A stretch of DNA of 64,000 nucleotides from NCBI GenBank assembly GCA_002269645.1, contig NIVC01001481.1, positions 186,001-250,000 on the forward strand, in the 5' to 3' direction. A model generated the notes under the pieces. The model was not told where the DNA came from and did no database searches. It worked only from the letters and a program-made list of their open reading frames with translations. Origin of the DNA: Macrostomum lignano. Taxonomy: Eukaryota. This document shows, piece by piece, positions 35,501 through 48,500 of this stretch. How positions within the stretch are numbered: position 1 is the stretch's first letter; each line of letters opens with the position of its first letter. A program made the translations under genes and the position numbers.

Positions 35501-36777
35501 CTAGAATTCGCACTGTCTACCTGACATATAGGAGCTTTTTAATTCACCCTGGCGCATTTTAAGCGACATTGTCACACAACCGGCGAGAGGCATTACTGCT
35601 CATTTCACAGACTCCCCTGAGCAGGCACACAAGCGCGCGGATACGTACGAAGTCATACGCACAGGCACACACTCACACAGGAGTGTACAGTGGCCCTAAC
35701 TTCATTTATCTTTAGGCATGTACACTTCACTGTGCCTTGGGGGTTGAGCCTCAAGGGCGTTAATTGCACGAGCAGAGCCAAGCCGAGATTCCAATTCAGC
35801 CCCCAAATTAATTTGACTGCACTTGGAATCGAGCCTTAAAGGCTTTATTTCGCTGTCTATTTGTTATTTGTAAAGAACAAGGATTCTATCCAGATGTCCC
35901 CCATCGGGGGGCGAAGATTGCTAGTAAATTTTACTAACTAGTTGTAAAGTTTTTACGGAGGCTGTGAAAATTGTCTTCGGTTTTTCAAACATACAAAAAA
36001 ATAGGAAAGCAATCTTTTCCTCTACTAACAGTAGATAACGCGAGTATTAATATATTTTTATAAAGTTCGTACCTGCACAGACTCGATGGCTACGCCGTGC
36101 ACGGGATCGCCGCGGCGCAGACGCTGTGCCCGAGGCTGCACAGCCCCGGCATGGAAGTAGACCTCGCCATTGGCGTAGCCGTGACTGGCCGCCATAGAGG
36201 TGACTCGGCCGGAGAAGCGCATCATACGGAGCGGTTGAACTCGAGTGACCTTAGCCTGCTCCTCCGTCCAGTCCAGCTCGGCCGTCACCCAGTCGCCCAC
36301 AAACGGCCGATAGGACTCCGGCCACGCCAGTTCCATGGAGAACTCCAGCGAGTTTTCTAGCACTCCAGTCCTGCTCCTCTGATTGCAACTGCTGACTATG
36401 GTAACCAGATTACTGGGCTTCGGCTTCTGGCGGGCCTCCAACTGAGCCAGCCGGTTCAGTAGGACCTGGTCCGATGTCTTCGGAGTCCAGTTGTCGTCCT
36501 CCTCCTCCGCAGCGTCGTCCGCGCCTTCGACACCAACAATTTCATCGCCGATGTTGTTCGCATCGGAGTCGACATCCTCTAACTGGCCAAGGATGTCGTC
36601 GTCATCGTCTATGCTAGCGTCGGAGTCGAGTGCCAGAATCCAGAGATGCTTGAGCGCCAAGGACAGCGCCAATAGTAGGCGTTGACCTAGCAGCTCCAGT
36701 GCCAAGAATTGCATTATTGCTGGTCGCAGTTGAGAGAGACTGTAATGAATAGATTTTAAATGTTTGGCAAATTCCAT
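29517..36777 (-). CDS. MOV10L1: MOV10L1/Armitage-like UPF1-family (SF1) RNA helicase, ~1135 aa; exons 36777-36073, 35304-34930, 33875-33222, 32691-31849, 30889-30317, 29774-29517
   Basis: Helicase motifs GPPGTGKT, CAPSNSAAD, DEAGQ, LAGDPMQLGP, NYRSH, TPYRKQ, SVEEFQGQE and RFNVSVSRA are present, with LEVPGLAEGRPSLLFGD. The N-terminal OB-like region (GDWVTAEL..VQPLR..GDPVHGVAIESVQ/SRTCNYRAV) favours MOV10L1 over MOV10. Five GT-AG phase-0 introns. An alternative start is ATG 36714. Confidence 0.88.
29785..30285. repeat. 31-bp minisatellite CACCGGTGAATATCACCTGGGGAGACCACTG, MOV10L1 intron 5
   Basis: Direct periodicity, ~14 copies. Confidence 0.96.
31634..31750. repeat. Diverged partial copy of the ~260-bp dispersed repeat, MOV10L1 intron 4
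   Basis: CTGAGCACACACAAGCGCGC..CTCACACAGGGTGTACAGCGGCCCT..AGGCATGTACACT matches 35617-35728. Confidence 0.65.
32707..33065. repeat. 23-bp minisatellite GATGAGATTGATGAGACTCAGGT, MOV10L1 intron 3
   Basis: Direct periodicity. Confidence 0.95.
33862..34880. repeat. ~30-33-bp degenerate minisatellite GGATGAG(C/G)ATCTGGATGGGGCGGATAAGGGGGC spanning the MOV10L1 intron 2/exon 3 junction
   Basis: Direct periodicity; the terminal unit overlaps the true acceptor at 33876/33875. Confidence 0.93.
35570..35835. repeat. Dispersed ~260-bp repeat, copy in MOV10L1 intron 1
   Basis: Matches the reverse complement of 19149-19400. Confidence 0.75.
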
Positions 36778-37183
36778 TCTAATTTTAGAATGTGCGTCGC
36801 TGTATTAATTTAACTCCACTCGTTTTAACCATACATATAGAGTCTGAGTCAATGACGATTATGCGTAAGACAGTGCCTATTAAGTTCTTTTCGATACATA
36901 TCGGCCATAAAATTTATTTCTAACACTGGCCTAGCTTATTAAATTATAAAATCATAGGGAAGCAAGGCCATAATTTTTTACTAAAAAATACCCTGGAAAT
37001 AGCAGATTTGGACAATATAAATAGCCTATTCATATCATTAATAAAATAATAGTATGCTAGATTCACGAGCTCACTAGTAGTTTTTTGCCGTAAAAGGACG
37101 TTAAGAATATGAAAAATCAAAACAAGTTACTGACAGTGTCAGAAAAATAATGATTTTTTCGATGAGTTTGTCGGACCTGTGGC

Positions 37184-37188
37184 AAAAA
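37184..37188 (-). terminator. Pol III T5 terminator of tRNA-Glu
   Basis: TTTTT on the minus strand, 4 nt after the tRNA 3' end. Confidence 0.7.
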
Positions 37189-37192
37189 TTCA

Positions 37193-37264
37193 TTCCCTGA
37201 CCGGGAGTCGAACCCGGGCCACCTGGGTGAAAACCAGGGATCCTAACCGCTAGACCATCAGGGA
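37193..37264 (-). tRNA. trnE-TTC: tRNA-Glu (anticodon TTC)
   Basis: The minus strand reads TCCCTGATGGTCTAGCGGTTAGGATCCCTGGTTTTCACCCAGGTGGCCCGGGTTCGACTCCCGGTCAGGGAA (72 nt). It has an intact acceptor stem, a CCTGG/CCAGG anticodon stem around a TTTTCAC loop, and a GGTTCGACTCC T-loop/B-box. Confidence 0.95.
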
Positions 37265-38036
37265 CCTATAAGCAGTCGAAGTTAAAGGGCTTTATAAACA
37301 GTTCAACCATATAATTCTTTCCTAGATTAACAACAAAAACAAGTTAAGATTGAGTTTTGATTCATTTATTAAATTATACACAAGAAACAATTCCAGGCAC
37401 AGTTTGTTGTTTATATTTGGGTGAAATTGACAAGCAAGACGTTACATGAGCAAGAAAGCCGAAGCTTAACTTTTTCAGGTAAAATACCACTAGTTCATAA
37501 TAAAGAACTATAAGTATAAAGTGCGAAAATGTTGCTTGGTGTATTAATATGTTATGAATATATAAACTATACTAAAGTTAAAGAAATCTTGGAGTAAAAA
37601 TTCTAAACCTAGCCGAAGTCGTTAACAGCGTCAGCGGACGCTGATTGATTAAATTTCGAATGCATTTGGCCTTTAATTAGACACTGATAGTAGCATGAAT
37701 GGAGTTTTTCGCGATTTATGCTTGAAAGAATACGAAATAATTGTTATTGTAGTTAGCTTTTAATTTTCAGTCGAAAAACTCTGAAGGAAGATGCAATAAG
37801 CAATTAGCTATTGTTTAACTGTATACTACTCGTAAAGTAATAATTTTCTTTGAGGTTGCAATCAGATTGATTTGATAGAATAGCTTAGATAACATTGCCT
37901 CATAGGTTAGGAATGCTAAACATAAATACTTGCTACAGGGAATTGCCAAGACTAACACAAAGCGAGAGACTTTGAACTAAGCATAATAATTGGCAACTTG
38001 GACACCGACAACAGGATGCACCGACGAGTCTTAGGA

Positions 38037-38650
38037 AGCGCCAAATCGGATGCGTCGGGGGGCGCCAAATTCTGATGTGTCGAAGGGGGGCGCCAAATCT
38101 GATGTGTCGGGGGGGGGGGGGGGCGCCAAATTCTGATGTGTCGGGGGGGGGGCGCCAAATCTGATGTGTCGGGGGGGGGGGGCGCCAAATTCTGATTTGT
38201 CGGGGAGGGCGCCAATTCTGATGTGTCGGACGGGGCGCCAAATATGATGTGTCGGACGGGGCGCCAAATCTGATGTGTCGGACGGGGCGCCAAATCTGAT
38301 GTGTCGGGGGGGGCGCCAATTCTGATTTGTCGCACGGGGCGCCAAATCTGATGTGTCGGGGGGGGGGGGGGGGGGGCGCCAAATCTGATGTGTCGGACGG
38401 GGCGCCAAATCTGATGTGTCGAAGGGGGCGCCAAATCTGATGTGTCGGACGGGGCGCCAAATCTGATGTGTTGGACGGGGGGCGCCAAATCGGGTGTGTC
38501 AGGGGCGCCAAATCGGGTGTGTCAGGGGCGCCAAATCGGATGTGTCAGGAGCGCCAAATTGGATGTGTCGGGGGCGCCAAATCGGATGTGTCAGGGGCGC
38601 CAAATCGGATGTGTCGGGGGCGCCAAATCAGATGTGTCAGGAGCGCCAAA
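38037..38650. repeat. ~25-30-bp minisatellite GGGGCGCCAAATCTGATGTGTC with variable G-runs, downstream of the MED25 stop
   Basis: Direct periodicity. Confidence 0.95.
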
Positions 38651-38871
38651 TAGAACAGTTGGTCAGAAATTGCTATGCTTCAAATGCCCTACGCCAGCCA
38701 ACCGACAGCTACATGAACATTACGTGCAAGAAGCCGGTGCATTCGACAAGCAAACAACATTAAAATGCTTAAACAGCATTAATTTTAAACAAATCTATGC
38801 AACACTGTCATTAATTAAGTTAAACATCTACACGGAAAGAATGCTGAATCATTAGCTTCGATTTAACGCTG

Positions 38872-41604
38872 TTAATAACGCTGTTGATCGTGAAATCCCA
38901 TTTGAGGATTTCGCATCTGTTGAGGATCTAAATCAACGGTTGCCTGGTGATACATTTGCTGCTGCTGCTGCTGCGGCGCCTGCTGAGCCATTATAACCTG
39001 CTGCATCTGAGGCTGGCTGGACGCCTGATGAGGCGCATAGGAGGCTGGGACGTTTAACCTTGCTGGCGTTATCATTCGGCCCTGCATCGACTGCGGCCCT
39101 GGCAAGCGCTGCAGGGAGAGAGGGGTGAGAATATTTTGCTGCGAGAGCTAGATATGCCTGCCTTCTATACATGGTTGATCAGATAACGATTAGAATTAAC
39201 TGCACGTTTATCAGATATCGATGAGAATTAACTGTGTGTTTGTACCAATATCGATTAGAATTAACTGTGTGTTTGTACTGATATCGATTAGAATTAACTG
39301 TGTTTGTACCAATATCGATTAGAATTAACTGTGTGTTTGTAACGATATCGATTAGAATTAACTGTGTGTTTGTACCAATATCGATTAGAATTAACTGTGT
39401 GTTTGTACTGATATCGATTAGAATTAACTGTGTGTTTGTACCAATATCGATTAGAATTAACTGTGTGTTTGTACTGATATCGATTAGAATTAACTGTGTT
39501 TGTACCAATATCGATTAGAATTAACTGTGTGTTTGTACTGATATCGATTAGAATTAACTGTGTTTGTACCAATATCGATTAGAATTAACTGTGTGTTTGT
39601 AACGATATCGATTAGAATTAACTGTGTTTGTACCAATATCGATTAGAATTAACTGTGTGTTTGTAACGATATCGATTAGTATTAACTGTGTGTTTGTACT
39701 GATATCGATTAGAATTAACTGTGTTTGTACCAATATCGATTAGAATTAACTGTGTGTTTGTAACGATATCGATTAGAATTAACTGTGTGTTTGTAACGAT
39801 ATCGATTAGTATTAACTGTGTTTGTTTCGATATCGATTAGAAATAAATGTGTTTTGTACTGATATCGATTAAAATTAACTGTGTTTTTGTACCTATATCG
39901 ATTAGAATTAACTACGTGCTTATTCCGATACCGATTAGAATTAACTGCGTAATTTTTCCCGATATCGATTAGAATTAATTGCGCGCTCGTTTGGATATCG
40001 ATTCTATCTAAAACACAACAAGAACTCACCAGATTGCCGTGCGTTGGTGTCTCCATGCGCGATATCTTCTGCGGCGGCCCGCCAGCAACCTGCTGCTGTT
40101 GCTGTTGCTGCAGCGAGCCCGGATGCGCCTGAATGATCATCGACTGAGAAGGAAGTTGAAAATGGAGTTTTAGTTAAAATGATAGCTGTGTCACTTGCTC
40201 TTGGTGCATAGTTATATACTACGGTGAGGGAATCGCACCTGACACTACTGAATCATCATGGAGGGGGTGGCAGCATACTGAATCATCATGGAGGGGGTGG
40301 CAGCATACTGAATCATCATGGAGGGGATAGCAGCATACTGAATCATCATGGAGGGGATAGCAGCATACTGAATCATCATGGAGGGGATAGCAGCATACTG
40401 AATCATCATGGAGGGGATAGCAGCATACTGAATCATCATGGAGGGGATAGCAGCATACTGAATCATCATGGAGGGGATAGCAGCATACTGAATGATCATG
40501 GAGGGGGTGGCAGCATACTGAATCATCATAAAGGGGATAGCAGCATACTAAATCATCATAAAGGGGATAGCAGCATACTGAATCATCATGGAGGGGGTGG
40601 CAGCCTACTGAATCATCATGGAGGGGATAGCAGCATACTGAATCATCATGGAGGGGATAGCAGCATACTGAATCATCATGGAGGGGATAGCAGCATACTG
40701 AATGATCATGGAGGGGGTGGCAGCATACTGAATCATCATAAAGGGGATAGCAGCATACTGAATCATCATGGAGGGGGTGGCAGCATACTGAATCATCATG
40801 GAGGGGGTGGCAGCATACTGAATCATCATGGAGGGGGTGGCAGCATACTGAATGATCATGGAGGGGATGGCAGCATACTGAATCATCATGGAGGGGGTGG
40901 CAGCATACTGAATGATCATGGAGGGGATGGCAGCATATTAAATGATCATGGAGGGGATGACAGTCTAGTGAATTATCAAGAAGGGGTTCACTGTTTTTCT
41001 GATATGATCTGGAAGGGATCTTAGACATATTATCCCACAATGCAATAAAAAAGGGGCAGTTTAACATCAGGACGGAAGCCAAAAGTTAATTAATTCAATG
41101 CTTTATAAAAAATCAATAAAAATCAGTCTCATAATAAAAATGATGTGGTAATAGTAAACAACCAATATAGAAAATTATTGTTAAAAATGAAAAATTTAAA
41201 AAAGAATTATTAACAAAAAATGGACGTTATAAAAGTACAGTTTTTTAATGCACCATAGCCTTACGATCATACCTGTACCTTAATCTTTGGCGGAGTAACC
41301 TGAGCAACGTGATGTTGATAATTACTCAGCGACGATGTACTTTGTCGCTGGCTGGTTGAAAAATCCTATGCGTGCATAACGACGGCAGTTGCCATGACAA
41401 TAAATTATATCTGGTATTTATAGCTAACAGCCAACTACATGAGAATAAGTAATTAAAACAAGATAAGTAGTTAAATGCACACATTTTAAGACAACACTGA
41501 GAGAGCTAGTGACACAATAGGATAGAACTAGTGTTAAAATATACACAAATGTTAATGTTAATAAATATTCAATAATCTAGCAGTGCTAGCGAGTGCAAAG
41601 ATTG

Positions 41605-41660
<56 letters not shown>

Positions 41661-41673
41661 AAGACAGACAGAA

Positions 41674-41714
<41 letters not shown>

Positions 41715-41735
41715 CAGACAGACAGATAGACAGAC

Positions 41736-41814
<79 letters not shown>

Positions 41815-41823
41815 TAGACAGAC

Positions 41824-41882
<59 letters not shown>

Positions 41883-41883
41883 A

Positions 41884-41930
<47 letters not shown>

Positions 41931-44900
41931 AAGACAGACAGACAGACAGACAGACAGACACAGAAAGTGCAAGACAAAGTACAACAAAAACAACAGAGAA
42001 TATATCGAAGACAATGGGTGGCAGAGGTGCAGCACAAACTGACTACTGGTAGTTAGAAGCCACAGCTAAGCTACATAGACAGATATACACAGCAGCAACG
42101 GCAAAGAGAGACGGCAGACTACTTACCCCGGCAGGGCCGCCAATAGAATTCACTGGCACAGAAACGGCCGGCTTGACATGGTGCGCCGCGTAGGCGCCGG
42201 GCCCGGGCGCGCCGGGCGGGCCGCCGTAGTAACTGACCGCTGCGGCCGCCGGTTGCGGAATCTGCGCAACGATACGAGAAATTGGCAGAGATTCCTTGTA
42301 ATACAGCAATATTCAAGGTGTAATAAATATAAGCCGTATAGCACTTCCTACCTCAAGTACTAACCGCGATCAACTGTGCTTAACTTTCAGTGAATCACTC
42401 GCCTAGCCACCCAGCCAGGCTCAAATTTTCTAATTTACGCTCGTAAATCGCTGAGAGGTCTCCGCTAATCACTTCCGCTAGGCGCTAGCCCACAGACACT
42501 AGAATCACTCGCAAAAAATGCACTCAGTCTACTCAGTTCTTTCAGTAGCAAAATTAGCGTTTTTATAGCTTTTATGAAAGTAAGAAAAAAATCTACAAGA
42601 TATTCAGTTCCGAAGCTGAAACAAACGCCTCCGGCTTTCTACAAGCAGACCCTTTGAATCAGCATCTGTATCCTGTTTTACAGACTCCAGACTGCCTGAG
42701 CCTCGGAAATAATTCTATGGGACTAGATCCTAGATGCTTTGGAATAGAAAACTAGCAAAGTAAATCACTAATGTTAATAATTCACGTCTAAATTGGCAAT
42801 ATTGACCAAAAATAGTAGTAAATCTCAGGAGTCGTTAAACCAGCAAAGCAGCTTGGCGTAACAGGAAGCAGATTTTGTAGAGGAAAAATTGAAATTAACA
42901 AACAAGCTTATTCTATACGATCTTTAGAGCATAGAGCAAATTAATACCAGCAACTGGCCTTGACAGGCGAGCCTTCAGGCACAAAATGAGGACATGGAAA
43001 AGCGAGTAAAAAATCTAGAGACTAAAAACTGCTTTTCTAATAGTAGTACATCTTATTAACATTTACTTTGATGTAATTTTACTATTGCAGAGTGACAAAT
43101 CGAATCCCCACCCCAATCCCAGAGTGACAAATTCAAATCTCCATCTCAATCCAAGAGTGACAATTCGAATCCCCATCCCAATCCCAGTGACAATACGAAT
43201 ACCCATCCCAAAGTGACAATTCGAATCCCCATCCCAATCCCAGTGACAATACGAATCTCCATCCCAAAGTGACAATTCGAATCTCCATCCCAAAGTGACA
43301 ATTCGAATCCCGATCCCAGAGTGAAAATTCGAATCCCAATCCCAGAGTGACAATTCAAATCCCCAACCCAATCCCAGAGTGACAATTCAAATCCCCAACC
43401 CAATCCCAGAGTGACAATTCGAATACTATCCCAATCCCAGAGTGACAATTCAAATCCCCAACCCAATCCCAGAGTGACAATTCGAATACTATCCCAATCC
43501 CAGAGTGACAATTCAAATCCCCAACCCAATCCCAGAGTGACAATTCAAATCCCCAACCCAATCCCAGATTGACAATTCAAATCCCCATCCCAGAGTGACA
43601 ATTCGAATCCCAATCCCAGAGTGACAATTCGAATCCCCAACCCAATCCCAGAGTGACAATTCAAATCCCCAACCCAATCCCAGATTGACAATTCAAATCC
43701 CCAACCCAATCCCAGAGTGACAATTCAAATCCCCAACCCAATCCCAGAGTGACAATTCAAATCCCCAACCCAATCCCAGATTGACAATTCAAATCCCCAA
43801 CCCAATCCCAGATTGACAATTCAAATCCCCAACCCAATCCCAGAGTGACAATTCAAATCCCCAACCCAATCCCAGAGTGACAATTCAAATCCCCAACCCA
43901 ATCCCAGAGTGACAATTCAAATCCCCAACCCAATCCCAGATTGACAATTCAAATCCCCAACCCAATCCCAGAGTGACAATTCAAATCCCCAACCCAATCT
44001 CAGAGTGACAATTCAAATCCCAACCCAATCCCAGAGTGACAATTCGAATCCCAATCCCAGAGTGACAATTCGAATCCCAATCCCAGAGTGACAATTCGAA
44101 TCCCAATCCCAGAGTGACAATTCGAATCCCAATCCCAGAGTGACAATTCGAATCCCAATCCCAGAGTGACAATTCGAATCCCAATCCCAGAGTGACAATT
44201 CGAATCCCAATCCCAGAGTGACAATTCGAATCCCAATCCCAGAGTGACAATTCGAATCCCAATCCCAGAGTGACAATTCGAATCCCAATCCCAGAGTGAC
44301 AATTCAAATCTCCTGCATTCCAATCCCAGAGTGACGATTCAAATTTTCATCCCAATCCCAGAGTGACAATTCAAATTTTCATCCCAATCCCAGAGTGACG
44401 ATTCAAATTTTCATCCCAATCCCAGAGTGACAATTCAAATCCCAACCCAATCCCTGAGTGACAATTCAAATCCCCATCCCCAATCCCAGAGTGACAATTC
44501 GAATACTATCCCAATCCCAGAGTGACAATTCGAATACTATCCCAATCCCAGAGTGACAATTCAAATCCCCATCCCAATCCCAGAGTTACAATTCGAATCT
44601 CCATCTCCAATTCCAGAGTGACACTTCGAATCCCGATCCCAATCCCAGAGTGACACTTCGAATCCCGATCCCAATTCCAGAGTGACAATTCGAATCCCCA
44701 TTTTCAGCCCAGTAAAGTGCTGGATTAGAGCCTTCCCAGCTCAAAATGACGCATTAAAGGTGGAGATAAAAATATCCCAAAAACCAACAAATTTAAAAGG
44801 CTAAATTGCTATTAATCACAAAAACTGAACTATAACAGCGGGAGAATAATAGGAAAATGAAACAGAATTATTTCATAGTTGGGCAGCAACAAAATCTTAC

Positions 44901-45463
44901 TGTCTTGATAATTATTTGTGACGAAGCGTGCGGCAGCTGGAAACGGAACAAAGAGCAAATAATACAACTATACATTATACACTATAACTATACAATAATA
45001 CATTAATACAACTTAATTTAAGTGACAATTTTAGCCTTTAGGAGTCTATATAATACTTTACATGCATATTCGATTCCTTTTTAAAACGTCTATTTAAAAA
45101 AGTGAATTACACAACATATCGGCGATATATAAACAATTTTGTAAAAGACGGCTATTTAATTAACAATTCGTTTTTAAATCAATCAAGTTTTGTTGCCAAT
45201 TTTTAGATTAGAGGGCATTGCTCGATTATAATCAGAGTCGCTGAACTCTAATTAGATGACGAGGCAATTTTTACCTATTTAAATTTGAGATTTATTACTC
45301 CGGCCTTTTACCCCATTAACAGATGTCACAACAGCTTACCGCTTGAAATTGCACAGTCGGAATTGGATGCTGGCCAGGCTGTAAAGCGTATTGATGCCCC
45401 GACATCGGCTCGGTAGTGTAGCCGATCATTGTAGGCGCCTGCTGAATTGACATTGGATGCTGT

Positions 45464-45504
<41 letters not shown>

Positions 45505-48500
45505 CTGTTGTTGTTGTTGCTGCTGTCGCATGCTAGCCTGCACATCGGCAAGAAACTTGATCTGATCTGGCGGTATAGTAGCCACAACGCGATTCAACTG
45601 CGGCTCGTAGCGGGCTACTAAACAGCGGGCAAGATTTGGTCCGTTGCGGGTGTTCTTCAGGTCGCACAGTATCAGGCCCATCTGGGAATTCAATTGTGAA
45701 TTAGATTATATGCAGATAGTTGAATACCTGTCTCTGAAATCTATAGTGCACCTGTTGAATATCTGTCACTGAAATCTATAGTGCACCTGTTGTATACCTG
45801 TCACTGAAATCTATGTGTACCTGTTGAATACCTGTCACTGAAATCTATTTTTACCTGTTGAATATCGGTCACTGACATCTATTTTTACCTGTTGAATATC
45901 AGTCACTGAAATTTATTTTTACCTGTTGAATATCAGTCACTGAAATCTATTTTTACCTGTTGAATACCTGTCACTAAAATCTATTTTTACCTGTTGAATA
46001 TCAGTCACTGAAATCTATTTTTACCCGTTGAATACCTGTCATCACTGAAATCTATTTTTACCTATTGAACACCTGTCACTGAAATCTATTTTTACCTGTT
46101 GAACACCTATCACTGAAATCTATGTGCACCTGTTGAACACCTGTCATTGAAATCTATTTTTACCTGTTGAACACCTGTCACTGAAATCTATTTTTACCTG
46201 TTGAACACCTGCCACTGAAATCTATAGTGCACCTGTTGTATACCTGTCACTGAAATCTATGTGTACCTGTTGTATACCTGTCACTGAAATCTATGTGTAC
46301 CTGTTGAATATCTGTCACTGAAATCTATAGTGCACCTGTTAAATACCTGTCACTGAAATCTATTTTTACCTGTTGAACACCTGTCACTGAAATCTATTTT
46401 TACCTGTTGAACACCTATCACTGAAATCTATGTGCACCTGTTGAACACCTGTCATTGAAATCTATTTTTACCCGTTGAATACCTGTCATCACTGAAATCC
46501 ATGTGCCCCCCCCCAAGCAACAGAACAATTAACAAATAAAGCACTCACATTCGGTCCAGTCACATTGGAGACCGGAGCGGTAAACATTTCAATAAAAGCC
46601 GGCATCTCCTCACTATTGACGGGAACAATGTGCACCCGGTGAGCGTTCTGGAAGTTTCTAAAATATTCCTCAATAGTGGAATGAATTTCGCCTTTCAATA
46701 AAGCGCACGTGGCCACTTTTCTGCCCTGCTCGAAGCAATGGAAATTCCACGGATTAGCCGGCTGATCTGGCGGCGTGAAGTCTAAAAATCTGATCGTGAA
46801 TTGCGACTGGCCAGTCTGGGGCCGGCTGGAGGATTGGCTGAATTCGAACCGGCCCTGCCACATGATGCGAGGCACTACTTGTTGCTGCTGCTGCTGATGT
46901 TGCTGCTGCTGCTGATGTTGATGCTGCTGCTGCTGTTGCTGCTGCTGCTGATGTTGATGCTGCTGCTGCTGTTGCTGCTGCTGTTGATGCTGCTGGTGCA
47001 AGCTCTGAAAATGATTCTGCTGCTGCGTGGGCGGCACCTGAGGCGGCTGCTGCTGCTGCTCGATTGAAACAGGAGCAAGTTCAATAGACGGATGTTGCTG
47101 ATGCTGCTGTTGTTGTTGAAGCTGCTGTTGTTGCTGATGCTGTTGAAGCTGCTGTTGCGATTGGTGAGGCTGCGAATGTCTGAAAAAAAGCATGCGAATT
47201 TTGATATGCCACTGAAAGAAAACATGACCAACAGGACATGTTTGAAGTAAAGTAGGACCTATTGAAGGACATTATGACCCATTAAAGAACAGTATGACCA
47301 TATTGAAGGACAGTATGACCACAATGAAGGATAGTAAGACCCATTAAAGAACATTATGACCCATTAAAGAACATTATGACCCATTAAAGAACAGTATGAC
47401 TTATTAAAGGACAGTATGACCCATTTAAGGACAGTGACAGTAACCAAATTCAAGGACATTATGGCCCATTGAAGGACAGTATGACCACATTAAAGGACAG
47501 TATGACCGCATTCAAGGACAGTATGACCGCATTCAAGGACAGTATGACCACATTGAAGGACAGTATGACCACATTGAAGGACAGTAGGGCATTGTAGGAT
47601 AGGATAGATAACCTCTGTATGATCTACATAAAATACAGAATGACCACCTTGTATGACAGTATGACTTTTTAAAGTTCAGAATGACCTTCAAGGACAGTAT
47701 GATCGTTTTGAAGAACCGTATGATCACTGTAGGACAGTATGAATACTATGACACCTGAAGGACAGCATGACCATTACAAGCATGGTTATGAATGAAGGAT
47801 CAAGTGCCGCGAGATTTACCTGGCCGTGAAAACCGCAGGCGGTATTCGCACCAGTTCCCATCTAGGACTGCACTTGGCTTTATCCAAAGTTGCCGACAAG
47901 CCCTGTTGATTGACCTTATCGTAGAGTTCAATCAGCTGATCATTGCGCCTCGGCGACAGCACGGCCAGGGTGACGGACTGCGAGCTGAACGCGGCCTCCA
48001 GAGCTGAGATTCCGTCCGCGGATAGTCGGCTGTGCACCACTAGGAGGGCGTGACGCCTTGTTGACGGGCACCGGCCGGCTCGATACTCCGCTAGGGAGGC
48101 GAACTCTTCGGACACCAGCTGGGCTAGCAGAGCGGAGCTGACGCATTCCTCTCTGCGGACAGGGGGCGCGAAATTCATCTTCTAGAGGTAAGACAGGCGG
48201 TAGGGGTAACGTTGTGAAACATTCACCAGACAGAAGGCCTGAGGGCGCAAATGGGAAAGTGGAAGGGTATGCAGAGAGAGGAGGGTATAGACAGGGTGTG
48301 CAGGGAGAGGAGGGTATGGAGAGGGTGTGCAGGGAGAGGAAGGTACAGAGAGTATTCAGGGAGAGGAGGGTATGGAGAGGGTGTGCAGGGAGAAGAGGGT
48401 ATAGAAAGGGTATGCAGGGAGAGGAAGGTACAGAGAGTATTCAGGGAGAGGAGGGTATAGACAGGGTGTGCAGGGAGAGGAGGGTATGGAGAGGGTGTAC

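Noticed and set aside
29517-36777. All-phase-0 introns in MOV10L1 (5/5) and EPS8 (4/4) as a special signal
   Set aside because: Across the window 17 of 28 introns are phase 0, close to the usual phase-0 excess; the sample is too small.
48153-48238. MED25 microexon (GCCTTCTGTCTG) or exon start at the ORF's ATG 48178
   Set aside because: Neither fits the phase-2 donor at 49323. The acceptor CCCCCTGTCCGCAG at 48153 restores the frame without them.
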